From Candidatus Eiseniibacteriota bacterium (GTDB taxonomy: Bacteria > Eisenbacteria > RBG-16-71-46): DNA of 64,000 nucleotides. Every line of letters begins with the position of its first letter. Position 1 is the stretch's first letter. Position numbers and translations under genes: made by a program. Location of the stretch: assembly GCA_963707915.1 (NCBI GenBank), contig OY970178.1, positions 576,001 through 640,000 on the forward strand, read 5' to 3'. Shown here piece by piece: positions 20,509 to 28,476 of the stretch. Below the pieces are notes generated by a model, which was given only the letters and a program-made list of their open reading frames with translations, made no database searches and was not told the DNA's origin.

Positions 20509-21561
20509 ATGTCGTTTACCGCCGTCCAGAGGCCCGTGCGACGCGAGTTGGCGCAGGTCCAGGGCCTGCTGCGCGACGCGTTCCGGACCTCGATTCCGAT
20601 CCTGAACCGGGTGGGCGGCCACGTGCTGGCCACCCGGGGCAAGAAGTTCCGCCCCACGCTGGTGCTCCTGACGGCCCGCGTGCGCGACCGGCTCGACGGG
20701 GCGGCGGTGATGTCGGCGGCGGTGGTCGAGATGGTGCACGCCGCGGCGCTCATCCACGACGATTCGGTCGACCGCAGCGCGTTGCGCCGGGGACTGCCCA
20801 CGGTCAACGGCCTGTGGACCGACGAGATGGCGATCATCATGGGCGACTACCTGTTCGGGCACGCAATGGGGCTCATGGTGCGCAACGGCCTCGACCACCC
20901 GCTCGAGGTGCTGGCGCGGGTCGTGACCGAGATGTCGTGCGGCGAGGCGCTGGAGTTCCAGTACGCCTACGACCTCGAGACCACCGAGGAGCAGTACGTC
21001 GAGATGGTCCGGGCCAAGACCGGCTCCCTGATCGGGGCCGCGACGGAGATCGGGGCGGGCCGCACGGCGGACCGCGGCGAGCGGCGTCCCATCGCGAAGA
21101 GCGGCGGCCGTTCCCGGCGCCGCCCCGCGGGCGAGCAGGTGACGTTCCGCGAGTTCGGCGAGCGGCTGGGTGTGGCGTTCCAGATCGTGGACGACGTCTT
21201 CGACTACCTGGGCGATCCGGACGTGACCGGCAAGCCGACGGGCTCGGACCTGGCCGAGGGCAAGATCACGCTGCCGCTCATCGCGGCCCTGCGGGAGGCG
21301 AGCGAGGCCGACCGGCGCCGGCTCAAGCGCCTCGCCCTCGGCCAGCGCCGCACCGATGCGCAGTGGAACCAGTTGCGCGCGCTGATCGAGAAGTGCGGCG
21401 GCTTCGCCTACGCGCGCGAGTGCGCCGGGGGCTTCGCCGGCGACTCGCGGCGCCTGCTCGACGAGGTGCTGGGGCCGCGGCGTTCGCGTTCGGCGCCCGC
21501 CGTGGCGGCCCGCCGGGCGCTGGACCAGATGGTGGACTACGCGGTGCGCCGTGACCACTAG
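20509..21561 (+). CDS. Long-chain polyprenyl diphosphate synthase (IspB/HepT-like)
   Basis: GKKFRP, HDDSVD, RRG, KTG, FQIVDD, GKP.GSDL.EGK.TLP. Confidence 0.92.
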   Translation: MSFTAVQRPVRRELAQVQGLLRDAFRTSIPILNRVGGHVLATRGKKFRPTLVLLTARVRDRLDGAAVMSAAVVEMVHAAALIHDDSVDRSALRRGLPTVNGLWTDEMAIIMGDYLFGHAMGLMVRNGLDHPLEVLARVVTEMSCGEALEFQYAYDLETTEEQYVEMVRAKTGSLIGAATEIGAGRTADRGERRPIAKSGGRSRRRPAGEQVTFREFGERLGVAFQIVDDVFDYLGDPDVTGKPTGSDLAEGKITLPLIAALREASEADRRRLKRLALGQRRTDAQWNQLRALIEKCGGFAYARECAGGFAGDSRRLLDEVLGPRRSRSAPAVAARRALDQMVDYAVRRDH

Positions 21562-21588
21562 GGCGCACTTCCGTGGCGCCGGGGCGCC

Positions 21589-21975
21589 GTGATCCGCCGG
21601 CCCCGTCCCACCGCCGGAGCGGACCCCATCGTCCTGCTGAAGGCCGCGGCGCGCGCGGCGCTCGCCAAGAAGGCGCACGACCTCGTGGCGCTCGACCTGC
21701 GGGGCCTCGACGCGGTCTGCGACGGGTTCCTGCTGTGCTCGGCGTCGAGCGACGTGCAGGTCAAGGCGGTGGCGGAGAGCATCGAGGAGGCGCTGCGGGA
21801 GCAGGGCCTGCGCCCCTGGCACGTCGAGGGGCTGCAGGGGCGTCGCTGGGTGCTGCTCGACTACGTGGGCGTCGTGATCCACGTGTTCCACGAGAAGACC
21901 CGGGAGTACTACCTGCTCGACCGGCTCTGGGGCGACGCGAGGAGCGTGGATCTTGGTCTGGAAGGAACTGACTGA
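21589..21975 (+). CDS. rsfS: Ribosome silencing factor
   Basis: KKAHD, QVKAVA, EG....WVLLDY..VVIHVF....REYY.LDRLW.DA. Confidence 0.93.
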   Translation: MIRRPRPTAGADPIVLLKAAARAALAKKAHDLVALDLRGLDAVCDGFLLCSASSDVQVKAVAESIEEALREQGLRPWHVEGLQGRRWVLLDYVGVVIHVFHEKTREYYLLDRLWGDARSVDLGLEGTD

Positions 21976-23707
21976 GGGCCTGGACGCCGCGTTGCGCGGG
22001 ACGGGACTCCACACTCCCGAGCGCATGGCGCGGCTCGAACTCTCCATCCCGCGCGAAAGCGCGCACGGGGACTGGACCACCAACCTCGCGCTGTTGATCG
22101 CCAGGGAGGTCGGGCGGCCGCCCCGCGCGGTGGCCGAGGCCCTGGCGGCGGCCTTCCCGCGCGACCCGGCGTTGTTCGCGAGCGTCGAGGTCGCGGGCCC
22201 GGGCTTCCTCAACTTCCGCTACAGCGAGGCGTTCCTCGACCGCCTGCCCGGGCACGTCCTGGATTCGGGTGGGGGGTTCGGCACGAGCGTGGGCGGCGGC
22301 GGGGCGCGCGTGCTGGTGGAGTACGTGAGCGCGAACCCGACCGGGCCCCTGAACATCGTGAGCGCGCGCGCCGCCGCGGTGGGCGCGACGCTGGTGCGGT
22401 TGCTGCGGGCGACCGGGCACGACGCGGCGGGCGAGTTCTACGTCAACGACGCGGGCCGCCAGGTGGACCTGCTCGGCCAGTCGGTGGCCGCGCGCTTCGC
22501 CGAGGCCGCGGGGCTCGACCGCGCGTTCCCGGCGGGGGGCTACGAGGGCGAGTACGTGCGCGATATCGCCGCGGCGTTGCCGCCGCAGGATGCGCGCGCG
22601 GCGCTGGACGCAGCCGCGGGGGCGGCGTGGTTCCGCGACCAGGCGCTGGACCAGATGGTGCGCGAGCAGCGCCGCGACCTCGACGAGTACGGCGCGGAGT
22701 TCGCGCGTTGGTTCCGCGAGTCCGAGCTCCACCGTTCCGGGGACGTGGCGGCGACGCTGGCCGAGCTCGAGGCGCGCGGCATGACCTACCGTGCGCGGCT
22801 TCCCGAGGTGGACCGGACCCCGGAAGGCGTCGGGGCGGAGGGCCCGGCGGCCGCTGCCGGGGAGCTGGAGGAGGCGACGTACCTGCGCACCGGCCGCTTC
22901 GGCGACGACAAGGACCGGGTGATCGTGCGCAGCGACGGCACGCCGACCTACCTGCTCCCGGATCTCGCCTACCATCGCGACAAGCGGGGCCGCGGCTTCG
23001 GGGTCGCGATCGACCTCTGGGGGCCCGACCACCACGCCTACGTCACCACCATGAAGGCGGCGCTCGCCGCGCTGGGGGTCGAGGACGGGTTCCTCGAGGT
23101 GCTGATCGTCCAACAGGTGAACCTCTGGGAGACCGGTGCCGACGGCCGGCGGGAGCAGGTCAAGATGAGCAAGCGGCGCGGGCGGATCATCACGCTGCGC
23201 GACCTGGTCGACGACATCGGGGCCGAGTGCGCGCGGTTCTTCTTCCTGATGCGCTCCACCAACGCCCACCTCGACTTCGACCTGGACGTGGCGCGCCGGC
23301 AGAACGACGAGAACCCGGCCTTCTACGTGCAGTACGCGCACGCGCGCATCGCCTCGATCCTGCGCTACGCGGCCGAGCGTGGCCTGCGGCCGGCGGACGG
23401 GGCCACGCTGCGGCTCACGGTCCCGGAAGAGGTGGCGCTGGTGCGGCGCCTGGCCGTCTACCCGGAGCTGGTGCGTGGGGCGGCGGCGGCGCGCGAGCCG
23501 CACCGCCTGCCCGCCTACCTGGTCGAGACGGCGGCCGAGTTCCACCGCTTCTACCACGCCTGCCGGGTCGTGGGGGAGGACGCGGGCGTGAGCCGCGGGC
23601 GGCTGCTGATCGCCGAGGCGGCCCGCGTCGTGCTGGCGAACGGGCTCGCGCTGATGGGTGTTTCGGCCCCCGAGCGCATGGAACGCGCCGCGGAGGTCCC
23701 CGCGTGA
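21953..23707 (+). CDS. argS: Arginine--tRNA ligase
   Basis: HGD..TN, GPGFLN, VEYVSANPTGPL, KMSKR, NP.FYVQYAHARI, MGVSAPERM. Confidence 0.95.
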   Translation: MVWKELTEGLDAALRGTGLHTPERMARLELSIPRESAHGDWTTNLALLIAREVGRPPRAVAEALAAAFPRDPALFASVEVAGPGFLNFRYSEAFLDRLPGHVLDSGGGFGTSVGGGGARVLVEYVSANPTGPLNIVSARAAAVGATLVRLLRATGHDAAGEFYVNDAGRQVDLLGQSVAARFAEAAGLDRAFPAGGYEGEYVRDIAAALPPQDARAALDAAAGAAWFRDQALDQMVREQRRDLDEYGAEFARWFRESELHRSGDVAATLAELEARGMTYRARLPEVDRTPEGVGAEGPAAAAGELEEATYLRTGRFGDDKDRVIVRSDGTPTYLLPDLAYHRDKRGRGFGVAIDLWGPDHHAYVTTMKAALAALGVEDGFLEVLIVQQVNLWETGADGRREQVKMSKRRGRIITLRDLVDDIGAECARFFFLMRSTNAHLDFDLDVARRQNDENPAFYVQYAHARIASILRYAAERGLRPADGATLRLTVPEEVALVRRLAVYPELVRGAAAAREPHRLPAYLVETAAEFHRFYHACRVVGEDAGVSRGRLLIAEAARVVLANGLALMGVSAPERMERAAEVPA

Positions 23708-24633
23708 GCGCCGCGCCGGAGATCCTGGTGGTGGGGTCGGTCGCGCTCGACTCGGTGCGCACGCCGTACGGCGAGGTGGTCGAGGCGCTGGGCGGATCGG
23801 CGTCGTACTTCTCGCTCTCGGCGAGCCGGTTCGCCCCGGTGAGCATGGTCGCCGTGGTCGGCGAGGACTTCCCGCCCGAGCACCGCGCGCTCTTCGAGGC
23901 CCGCGGCATCGACCTGTCCGGCCTGGAGACCAGCCCGGGAAGGACCTTCCGCTGGCGGGGCGAATACGGCCCGGAGCTGGCGCACGCGCACACGCTCGAG
24001 ACCCAGTTGAACGTCTTCTCGACCTTCCACCCGCGGCTCGAGGAGCAGCACCGCGAGTGTCCGTACGTCTTCCTCGCCAACATCGACCCCGAACTGCAGC
24101 TCGAAGTGCTCCAGCAGATGAAGCGGCCCCGGTTCACGCTCAGCGACACCATGGACTACTGGATCGCGCGCAAGCCGGAGCTCGTGCTGGAGGTGCTGCG
24201 GCGGGTGGACGTGGCGCTGCTGAACGAGGAGGAGGCGCGGGCGCTGGCGGGGGAGAGCCTGCTGGTGCGGGCGGCCGACCGCCTGCTCGAGCAGGGCGCG
24301 AAGTCCGTCATCATCAAGAAGGGCGAGCACGGGGCCCTGTTCCGCACGGCCGGGGAGCGCTTCATCATCCCCGCGTTCCCGGTGGACGCGATCCGGGACC
24401 CCACCGGGGCCGGCGACTCGTTCGCCGGCGGCTTCCTGGGCTGGGTGGCGCGGTGCGGTCGGACCGAGGGGGGCATGCTCCAGCAGGCGATGGCCTGCGG
24501 GACGACCATGGCGTCCCTGGCCATCGAGGATTTCAGCCCGAGGCGGCTGGCCGAGGCGGGCTCGGACGAGATCGCGCGGCGCGTGGCCCTGCTGCACCGC
24601 ATGGTGCACTTCGACCTGGTGCCCCTCTCCTAG
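23704..24633 (+). CDS. PfkB-family carbohydrate/nucleoside kinase
   Basis: GSVALDSV, GGSASY, KKGEHGA, DPTGAGDSFAGG. Confidence 0.92.
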   Translation: MSAAPEILVVGSVALDSVRTPYGEVVEALGGSASYFSLSASRFAPVSMVAVVGEDFPPEHRALFEARGIDLSGLETSPGRTFRWRGEYGPELAHAHTLETQLNVFSTFHPRLEEQHRECPYVFLANIDPELQLEVLQQMKRPRFTLSDTMDYWIARKPELVLEVLRRVDVALLNEEEARALAGESLLVRAADRLLEQGAKSVIIKKGEHGALFRTAGERFIIPAFPVDAIRDPTGAGDSFAGGFLGWVARCGRTEGGMLQQAMACGTTMASLAIEDFSPRRLAEAGSDEIARRVALLHRMVHFDLVPLS

Positions 24634-24711
24634 GCCTTCGACGGCCGCGGGTTAGACGTCCCTTCTCACGGTGGGCGCGAAGCGCGCCGACCGTGGCGAT
24701 GCCGAGGAGCC

Positions 24712-24732
24712 CTGTGCTAGAATGAAGCACAG
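24712..24732 (+). promoter_or_regulatory. Extended -10 promoter (TGcTAGAAT) inside a 7-7-7 inverted repeat (putative operator)
   Basis: CTGTGCT-agaatga-AGCACAG perfect palindrome overlapping TAGAAT (24718-24723). Confidence 0.65.
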
Positions 24733-24762
24733 TCCCCTCATCCGAAGGGAAGGAGACCAGCG

Positions 24763-25491
24763 GTGGAAGACACGCGGATGTCATGGAAGACGGACGCCGA
24801 GCAGGGGATCCGTGGCCTGCCGGACGTCGAGGACGCGAAGATCCTCGTGGAGGCCGGCGAGATCCGCGAGGTCCACGTCATTTCGTCGGCACGCAAGCCG
24901 GCGAAGCTCATCGTCAAGGACGTGGTCGGCCTGATCTGGACCCGCTACAACCGGCGCATCGACCACCGCATCGTCGGCGTGGTGCGCGTCCGGTCGCAGG
25001 CGGACTCGGCCGCGAAACCCGAGCCCGTGAGCGTGCTCGAGGAGGCCGCGCCGGCGCCGCCGGACGCCAGCCGCGTCCGCTTCGGGAGCGTCAACCTCTA
25101 CATGGACGGCGCGCGCGGCCAGGCGCAGGTGGAATTGCGCTGGAAGGGCATGCTGCGCATGGGAAGCGCCTCCGGCTGGTGCTCGCGGCAGGGGTCGCAC
25201 CGCCTGGTGGCGGCCGCCACGCTGACGGCGCTGCAGGAGTTCCTCGACGACGACGTCGCCCTCGGAGTGGAGGGCGTGCACGTGGTGGGCATGGGCGGCC
25301 ACGAGATCGTGATCGTGGGCGTCACGCTGCTCACGCACCGGCAGGAGAAGCTCCTGACCGGCTGTTGCACGGTGGGCCGCGATCTCCCCCAGGCGGTCGT
25401 CCTGGCCTCCCTTTCAGCCTTGAATCGCGTGATCGGCGGCCTGAAGACGAAGGAGCCGATCGAGTACGTCTTGAGACCGGCATCGACCTAG
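24763..25491 (+). CDS. Conserved hypothetical protein; C-terminal half resembles the LeuA allosteric regulatory domain
   Basis: AAGGAG SD; IREVHV..RKPAKLIVKD..IDHRIV N-domain; C-domain ..G.A.G..LVAAATLTAL...G....D...AVVLASLSALNR. Confidence 0.8.
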   Translation: MEDTRMSWKTDAEQGIRGLPDVEDAKILVEAGEIREVHVISSARKPAKLIVKDVVGLIWTRYNRRIDHRIVGVVRVRSQADSAAKPEPVSVLEEAAPAPPDASRVRFGSVNLYMDGARGQAQVELRWKGMLRMGSASGWCSRQGSHRLVAAATLTALQEFLDDDVALGVEGVHVVGMGGHEIVIVGVTLLTHRQEKLLTGCCTVGRDLPQAVVLASLSALNRVIGGLKTKEPIEYVLRPAST

Positions 25492-25593
25492 GAGCCAGCG
25501 GAGCGACAAGACAATCGAGAAGCGAAGCGAAGCCGCCTGTCGGGAAGCTGTTCGTACCCGCAGAGTCCCATGCCAAGTAAGGAGGTGGGCTTC

Positions 25594-25644
25594 GTGCTCT
25601 TTATCCTCGAGCTCTTGGAGTTCTTCGGCCGCGCGGGCTGGTAA
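25594..25644 (+). CDS. 16-aa small peptide MLFILELLEFFGRAGW (24 aa if ATG 25570 is used)
   Basis: TAAGGAGGT SD at 25578-25586, 7 nt before GTG; TAA stop; below ORF-track cutoff. Confidence 0.75.
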   Translation: MLFILELLEFFGRAGW

Positions 25645-25710
25645 CCTAGTCCCGTACGTCCGGACCTAGGAAGTGACCTCCGAAGTGGATGCCGGTCTCT
25701 GCATCTTCAC
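25645..25710 (+). promoter_or_regulatory. Two hairpins between peptide gene and HD-GYP gene
   Basis: CCTAGTCC...GGAcCTAGG (25645-25670) and GATGC-cggtctct-GCATC (25688-25705). Confidence 0.45.
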
Positions 25711-25749
25711 GCATGCGGAAGCCCACCCGCCCCCGATGATCGACCTCGC

Positions 25750-27075
25750 ATGAAAGACTCGCCGGTCCCGACCCACCCGCGCGCGTTCCGGCTCTACTAC
25801 GCGCTCGTGGTGCTGGCCGCAGGCGCCTTCTTCGTGCTGGCCACGCCCACGGCGGGGGCGCCGCGGCTGGTGGCCCTGGGCGTCGTCCTGGTGCTGATGG
25901 TCGTGAGCGAGGCCCGCCCGGTGCCGCTCCCGAGCGGCGGCTACGCCACCGGCAGTGCCGTGCTCGACCTGGCGTCGATCATCATCCTGGGCCCGGTGTG
26001 GACCGCGTGGGTGGACCTGGCCAGCACGGTGATCGTGCAGGGCGTCCTGCTGCGCCGGCCCCTGGTGCGCGTGCTGCACAACGTGTCCATCTTCGCGCTC
26101 ACCTCGTTCGTGGCGGGCTACGCCTTCCTGGCCGCCGGGGGGCAGGTGGGCACCCTCGCGTTCCCGCGGCACATCGTGCCGCTGCTGGTGTGCGGGGGCG
26201 TCTACTTCCTCTGCAACTCGACGCTGGTCTCGACCGTGCTGGGGCTCACGGTGGGCCCCGGACCGTGGCGCATCTGGCAGCGCAACTTCCTGCAGGGGAT
26301 CCTGCACCACCTCTCCTTCGTGGCCCTCGGCACGCTGGTGGCCGTGGTCTTCTTCAGCGCGGGGCCGTGGGGCCTCGTGCTGGTGGGGATCCCGTTCCTG
26401 GTCGCACGCCACTCGTTCGGCGTCTACATGGAGATCCGCGCGGACCTCAAGGACTTCGTCCGTGCCCTGTCCGAGGTGCTCGAGGAGGTGGATCCGTACA
26501 CCCGCCACCACTCGCACCGGGTCGCGCAATACGCGGTGCTGCTGGCGCGCGGCATGCGGCTCTCGGAACGCGAGGTCGAGGAGATCGAGTACGCGGCCCT
26601 GGTGCACGACCTGGGCAAGATCGGGCCGCAGCACCAGCACATCCTGCAGAAGCCGGGCTCGCTGTCGCACGAGGAGCAGCGCACCTTGCGGGCCCACCCG
26701 GCTGCCGGGGCCGAGATCGTCGCGCGGGTCCGGGCGCTGCGGCGCTCGGCGGAGATCGTGCGCACCCACCACGAGCGGCCCGACGGCCAGGGCTACCCGC
26801 TGGGCCTGCACGCGGAGGACGTGCCGGTGGGGGCCCGCATCCTGAACGTGTCGGACGCGTTCGACGCGATGACCTCGGACCGCCCGTACCGGCGGGCGCT
26901 GTCGGTGGCGGCGGCGCTCGACGAGTTGCGGCGCGGCGAGGGCTCGCAGTTCGACCGGGCCGTGGTGGAGTGCCTGCTGCGCCTCTACGGGTCGGGACAG
27001 TTCCCGCTGATCCCGAGTCCCACGAGCGAGGACCTGCAGCTGTTGCGCCTGAAGCCGCGCGAGGCCCAGGGCTGA
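25750..27075 (+). CDS. HD-GYP cyclic-dinucleotide phosphodiesterase with N-terminal multi-TM sensor domain (MASE9-like)
   Basis: About 7 hydrophobic segments, then DPYT.HHS.RV, LVHDLGKIG, HHERPDGQGYP, DAFDAMTSDRPYR. Confidence 0.92.
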   Translation: MKDSPVPTHPRAFRLYYALVVLAAGAFFVLATPTAGAPRLVALGVVLVLMVVSEARPVPLPSGGYATGSAVLDLASIIILGPVWTAWVDLASTVIVQGVLLRRPLVRVLHNVSIFALTSFVAGYAFLAAGGQVGTLAFPRHIVPLLVCGGVYFLCNSTLVSTVLGLTVGPGPWRIWQRNFLQGILHHLSFVALGTLVAVVFFSAGPWGLVLVGIPFLVARHSFGVYMEIRADLKDFVRALSEVLEEVDPYTRHHSHRVAQYAVLLARGMRLSEREVEEIEYAALVHDLGKIGPQHQHILQKPGSLSHEEQRTLRAHPAAGAEIVARVRALRRSAEIVRTHHERPDGQGYPLGLHAEDVPVGARILNVSDAFDAMTSDRPYRRALSVAAALDELRRGEGSQFDRAVVECLLRLYGSGQFPLIPSPTSEDLQLLRLKPREAQG

Positions 27076-27328
27076 AGGACTGACGTCCGCCGGCCCGTCG
27101 CGGCCGGCGTGGCCCCCGGGAGTGAGACAGGGCGACGTGACGTGCGGCCGCTCCCCCGCGCGCCACGTCACCGAGGCACGTGCCCCCGGCGAGGCGGGCG
27201 TTCCTGCACGCGGCAGGGCGGGGCCTGGTGGCCGGGCCCGCCTGCCGGTCGGGGCGCACGGGGGACGGGGAGCCGGGGTGGCGGGCGCTGCCCGCGGCGT
27301 CCCGTGGGGCGGAGGGGAGGACGGGAGG

Positions 27329-28375
27329 ATGGAGCGCCTGCGAAGCGAACGAGATCCGGATGCGCCCGCCGCGAAGGCGGACCGCGCGGCGACGCCCGCC
27401 ATGCTGGGGGACTCGCCGGCGTGGGCGGCGGTGCGGGAGATGCTGCCGCGGGTCGCGCGCAGCGGGCTCCCGGTGGTGGTGCTGGGGGAGACCGGGACCG
27501 GCAAGGAGCTGGTGGCGAGGGCGATCCATGCGCTCTCGGCCCGTGCCGCCCAGGGGTTCGTGGCGCAGAACTGCGGCGCCACGCCCGACACGCTGATCGA
27601 GAGCGAGTTCTTCGGCCACACGCGCGGGGCCTTCACCGGGGCGGTGGCCGACCGGGCGGGGCTCTTCGAGTCGGCCGCCGGGGGCACGCTGTTCCTGGAC
27701 GAGATCGGGGACGCCAGCGCCCTGCTCCAGATGAAGCTCCTGCGCGTGCTCCAGGAGGGCGAGGCCCGGCGCGTGGGGGACACCCGCCTGCGCCGGGTGG
27801 ACGTGCGGGTGGTCTCGGCCACGCACCGCTCCCTCGAGGAGGCCGTCGCGGGCGGGAGGTTCCGGGCGGACCTCTTCTTCCGGTTGAACGCGGTCCGCGT
27901 GAGCCTGCCCCCGCTGCGGGAGCGCGGCGACGACGTCCTCGTGCTGGCGCGGCACTTCCTGGCGGGAGCCGCGGCGCAGCTGGGACAGGAGCCGCCCGTG
28001 CCGGACCCGGCGCTGGTCGACCACCTGCGCTCGTACGCCTGGCCGGGCAACGTGCGGGAGCTGGCGAACGCCTGTGCCTACGCGGTGCACGTGGGCGGAG
28101 CGCGGGAGCAGGCGGACCTGTCGCACTGGCCGGAGACGCCGTCGATGCCGGGGCCCGGCGCGCGACCGGTGACGGCGGGACTTCACGCCGAGACCCGCGC
28201 GCTCGAGGAACGCCGGCTGCGCGAGGCCCTGCAGCGGACCTGCGGGAACAAGTCGCAGGCGGCCCGTGCCCTGGGGCTCTCGCGCCAGGGGCTGCTGAAG
28301 AAGCTGCGGCGCTACGGGTTCACCAGCGCGGAGTCCGCGGCGCTCGCTCTTGACGGTGCGGGGGGCGCTCCCTAG
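27329..28375 (+). CDS. sigma54-dependent activator (bEBP) without N-terminal regulatory domain
   Basis: GETGTGKE, GAFTGA, LFLDEIG, FRADLFFRL, WPGNVREL, Fis-type HTH NKSQAARALG; GGGAGG before ATG 27329. Confidence 0.92.
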   Translation: MERLRSERDPDAPAAKADRAATPAMLGDSPAWAAVREMLPRVARSGLPVVVLGETGTGKELVARAIHALSARAAQGFVAQNCGATPDTLIESEFFGHTRGAFTGAVADRAGLFESAAGGTLFLDEIGDASALLQMKLLRVLQEGEARRVGDTRLRRVDVRVVSATHRSLEEAVAGGRFRADLFFRLNAVRVSLPPLRERGDDVLVLARHFLAGAAAQLGQEPPVPDPALVDHLRSYAWPGNVRELANACAYAVHVGGAREQADLSHWPETPSMPGPGARPVTAGLHAETRALEERRLREALQRTCGNKSQAARALGLSRQGLLKKLRRYGFTSAESAALALDGAGGAP

Positions 28376-28378
28376 AGT
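28350..28378 (+). promoter_or_regulatory. sigma70-type promoter TTGACG-N17-TAGAGT
   Basis: Hexamers at 17-nt spacing upstream of the oxidoreductase-lnt-asd run. Confidence 0.65.
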
Positions 28379-28476
28379 GCCCGTTTCGGGAGGACCGACT
28401 CGCGGGCCGCCGGCGCGCCCACCCATCGTGGGGCCGCGGGCTCGGCGGGTTCGAACCTGCAAGAGGGAGGGAATTC

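Noticed and set aside
25559..25576. Minus-strand TGGCATGGGACTCTGC sigma54-like site near the peptide gene
   Set aside because: GG-GC spacing is 11 nt and no minus-strand gene follows.
27192..27208. sigma54-like GGCGGGCGTTCCTGCA upstream of the bEBP
   Set aside because: GG-GC spacing is 11 nt rather than the strict 10.
28446..28461. GCGGGTTCGAACCTGC resembling a tRNA T-arm
   Set aside because: No acceptor, D or anticodon arms and wrong loop size; more likely a 5' UTR hairpin.
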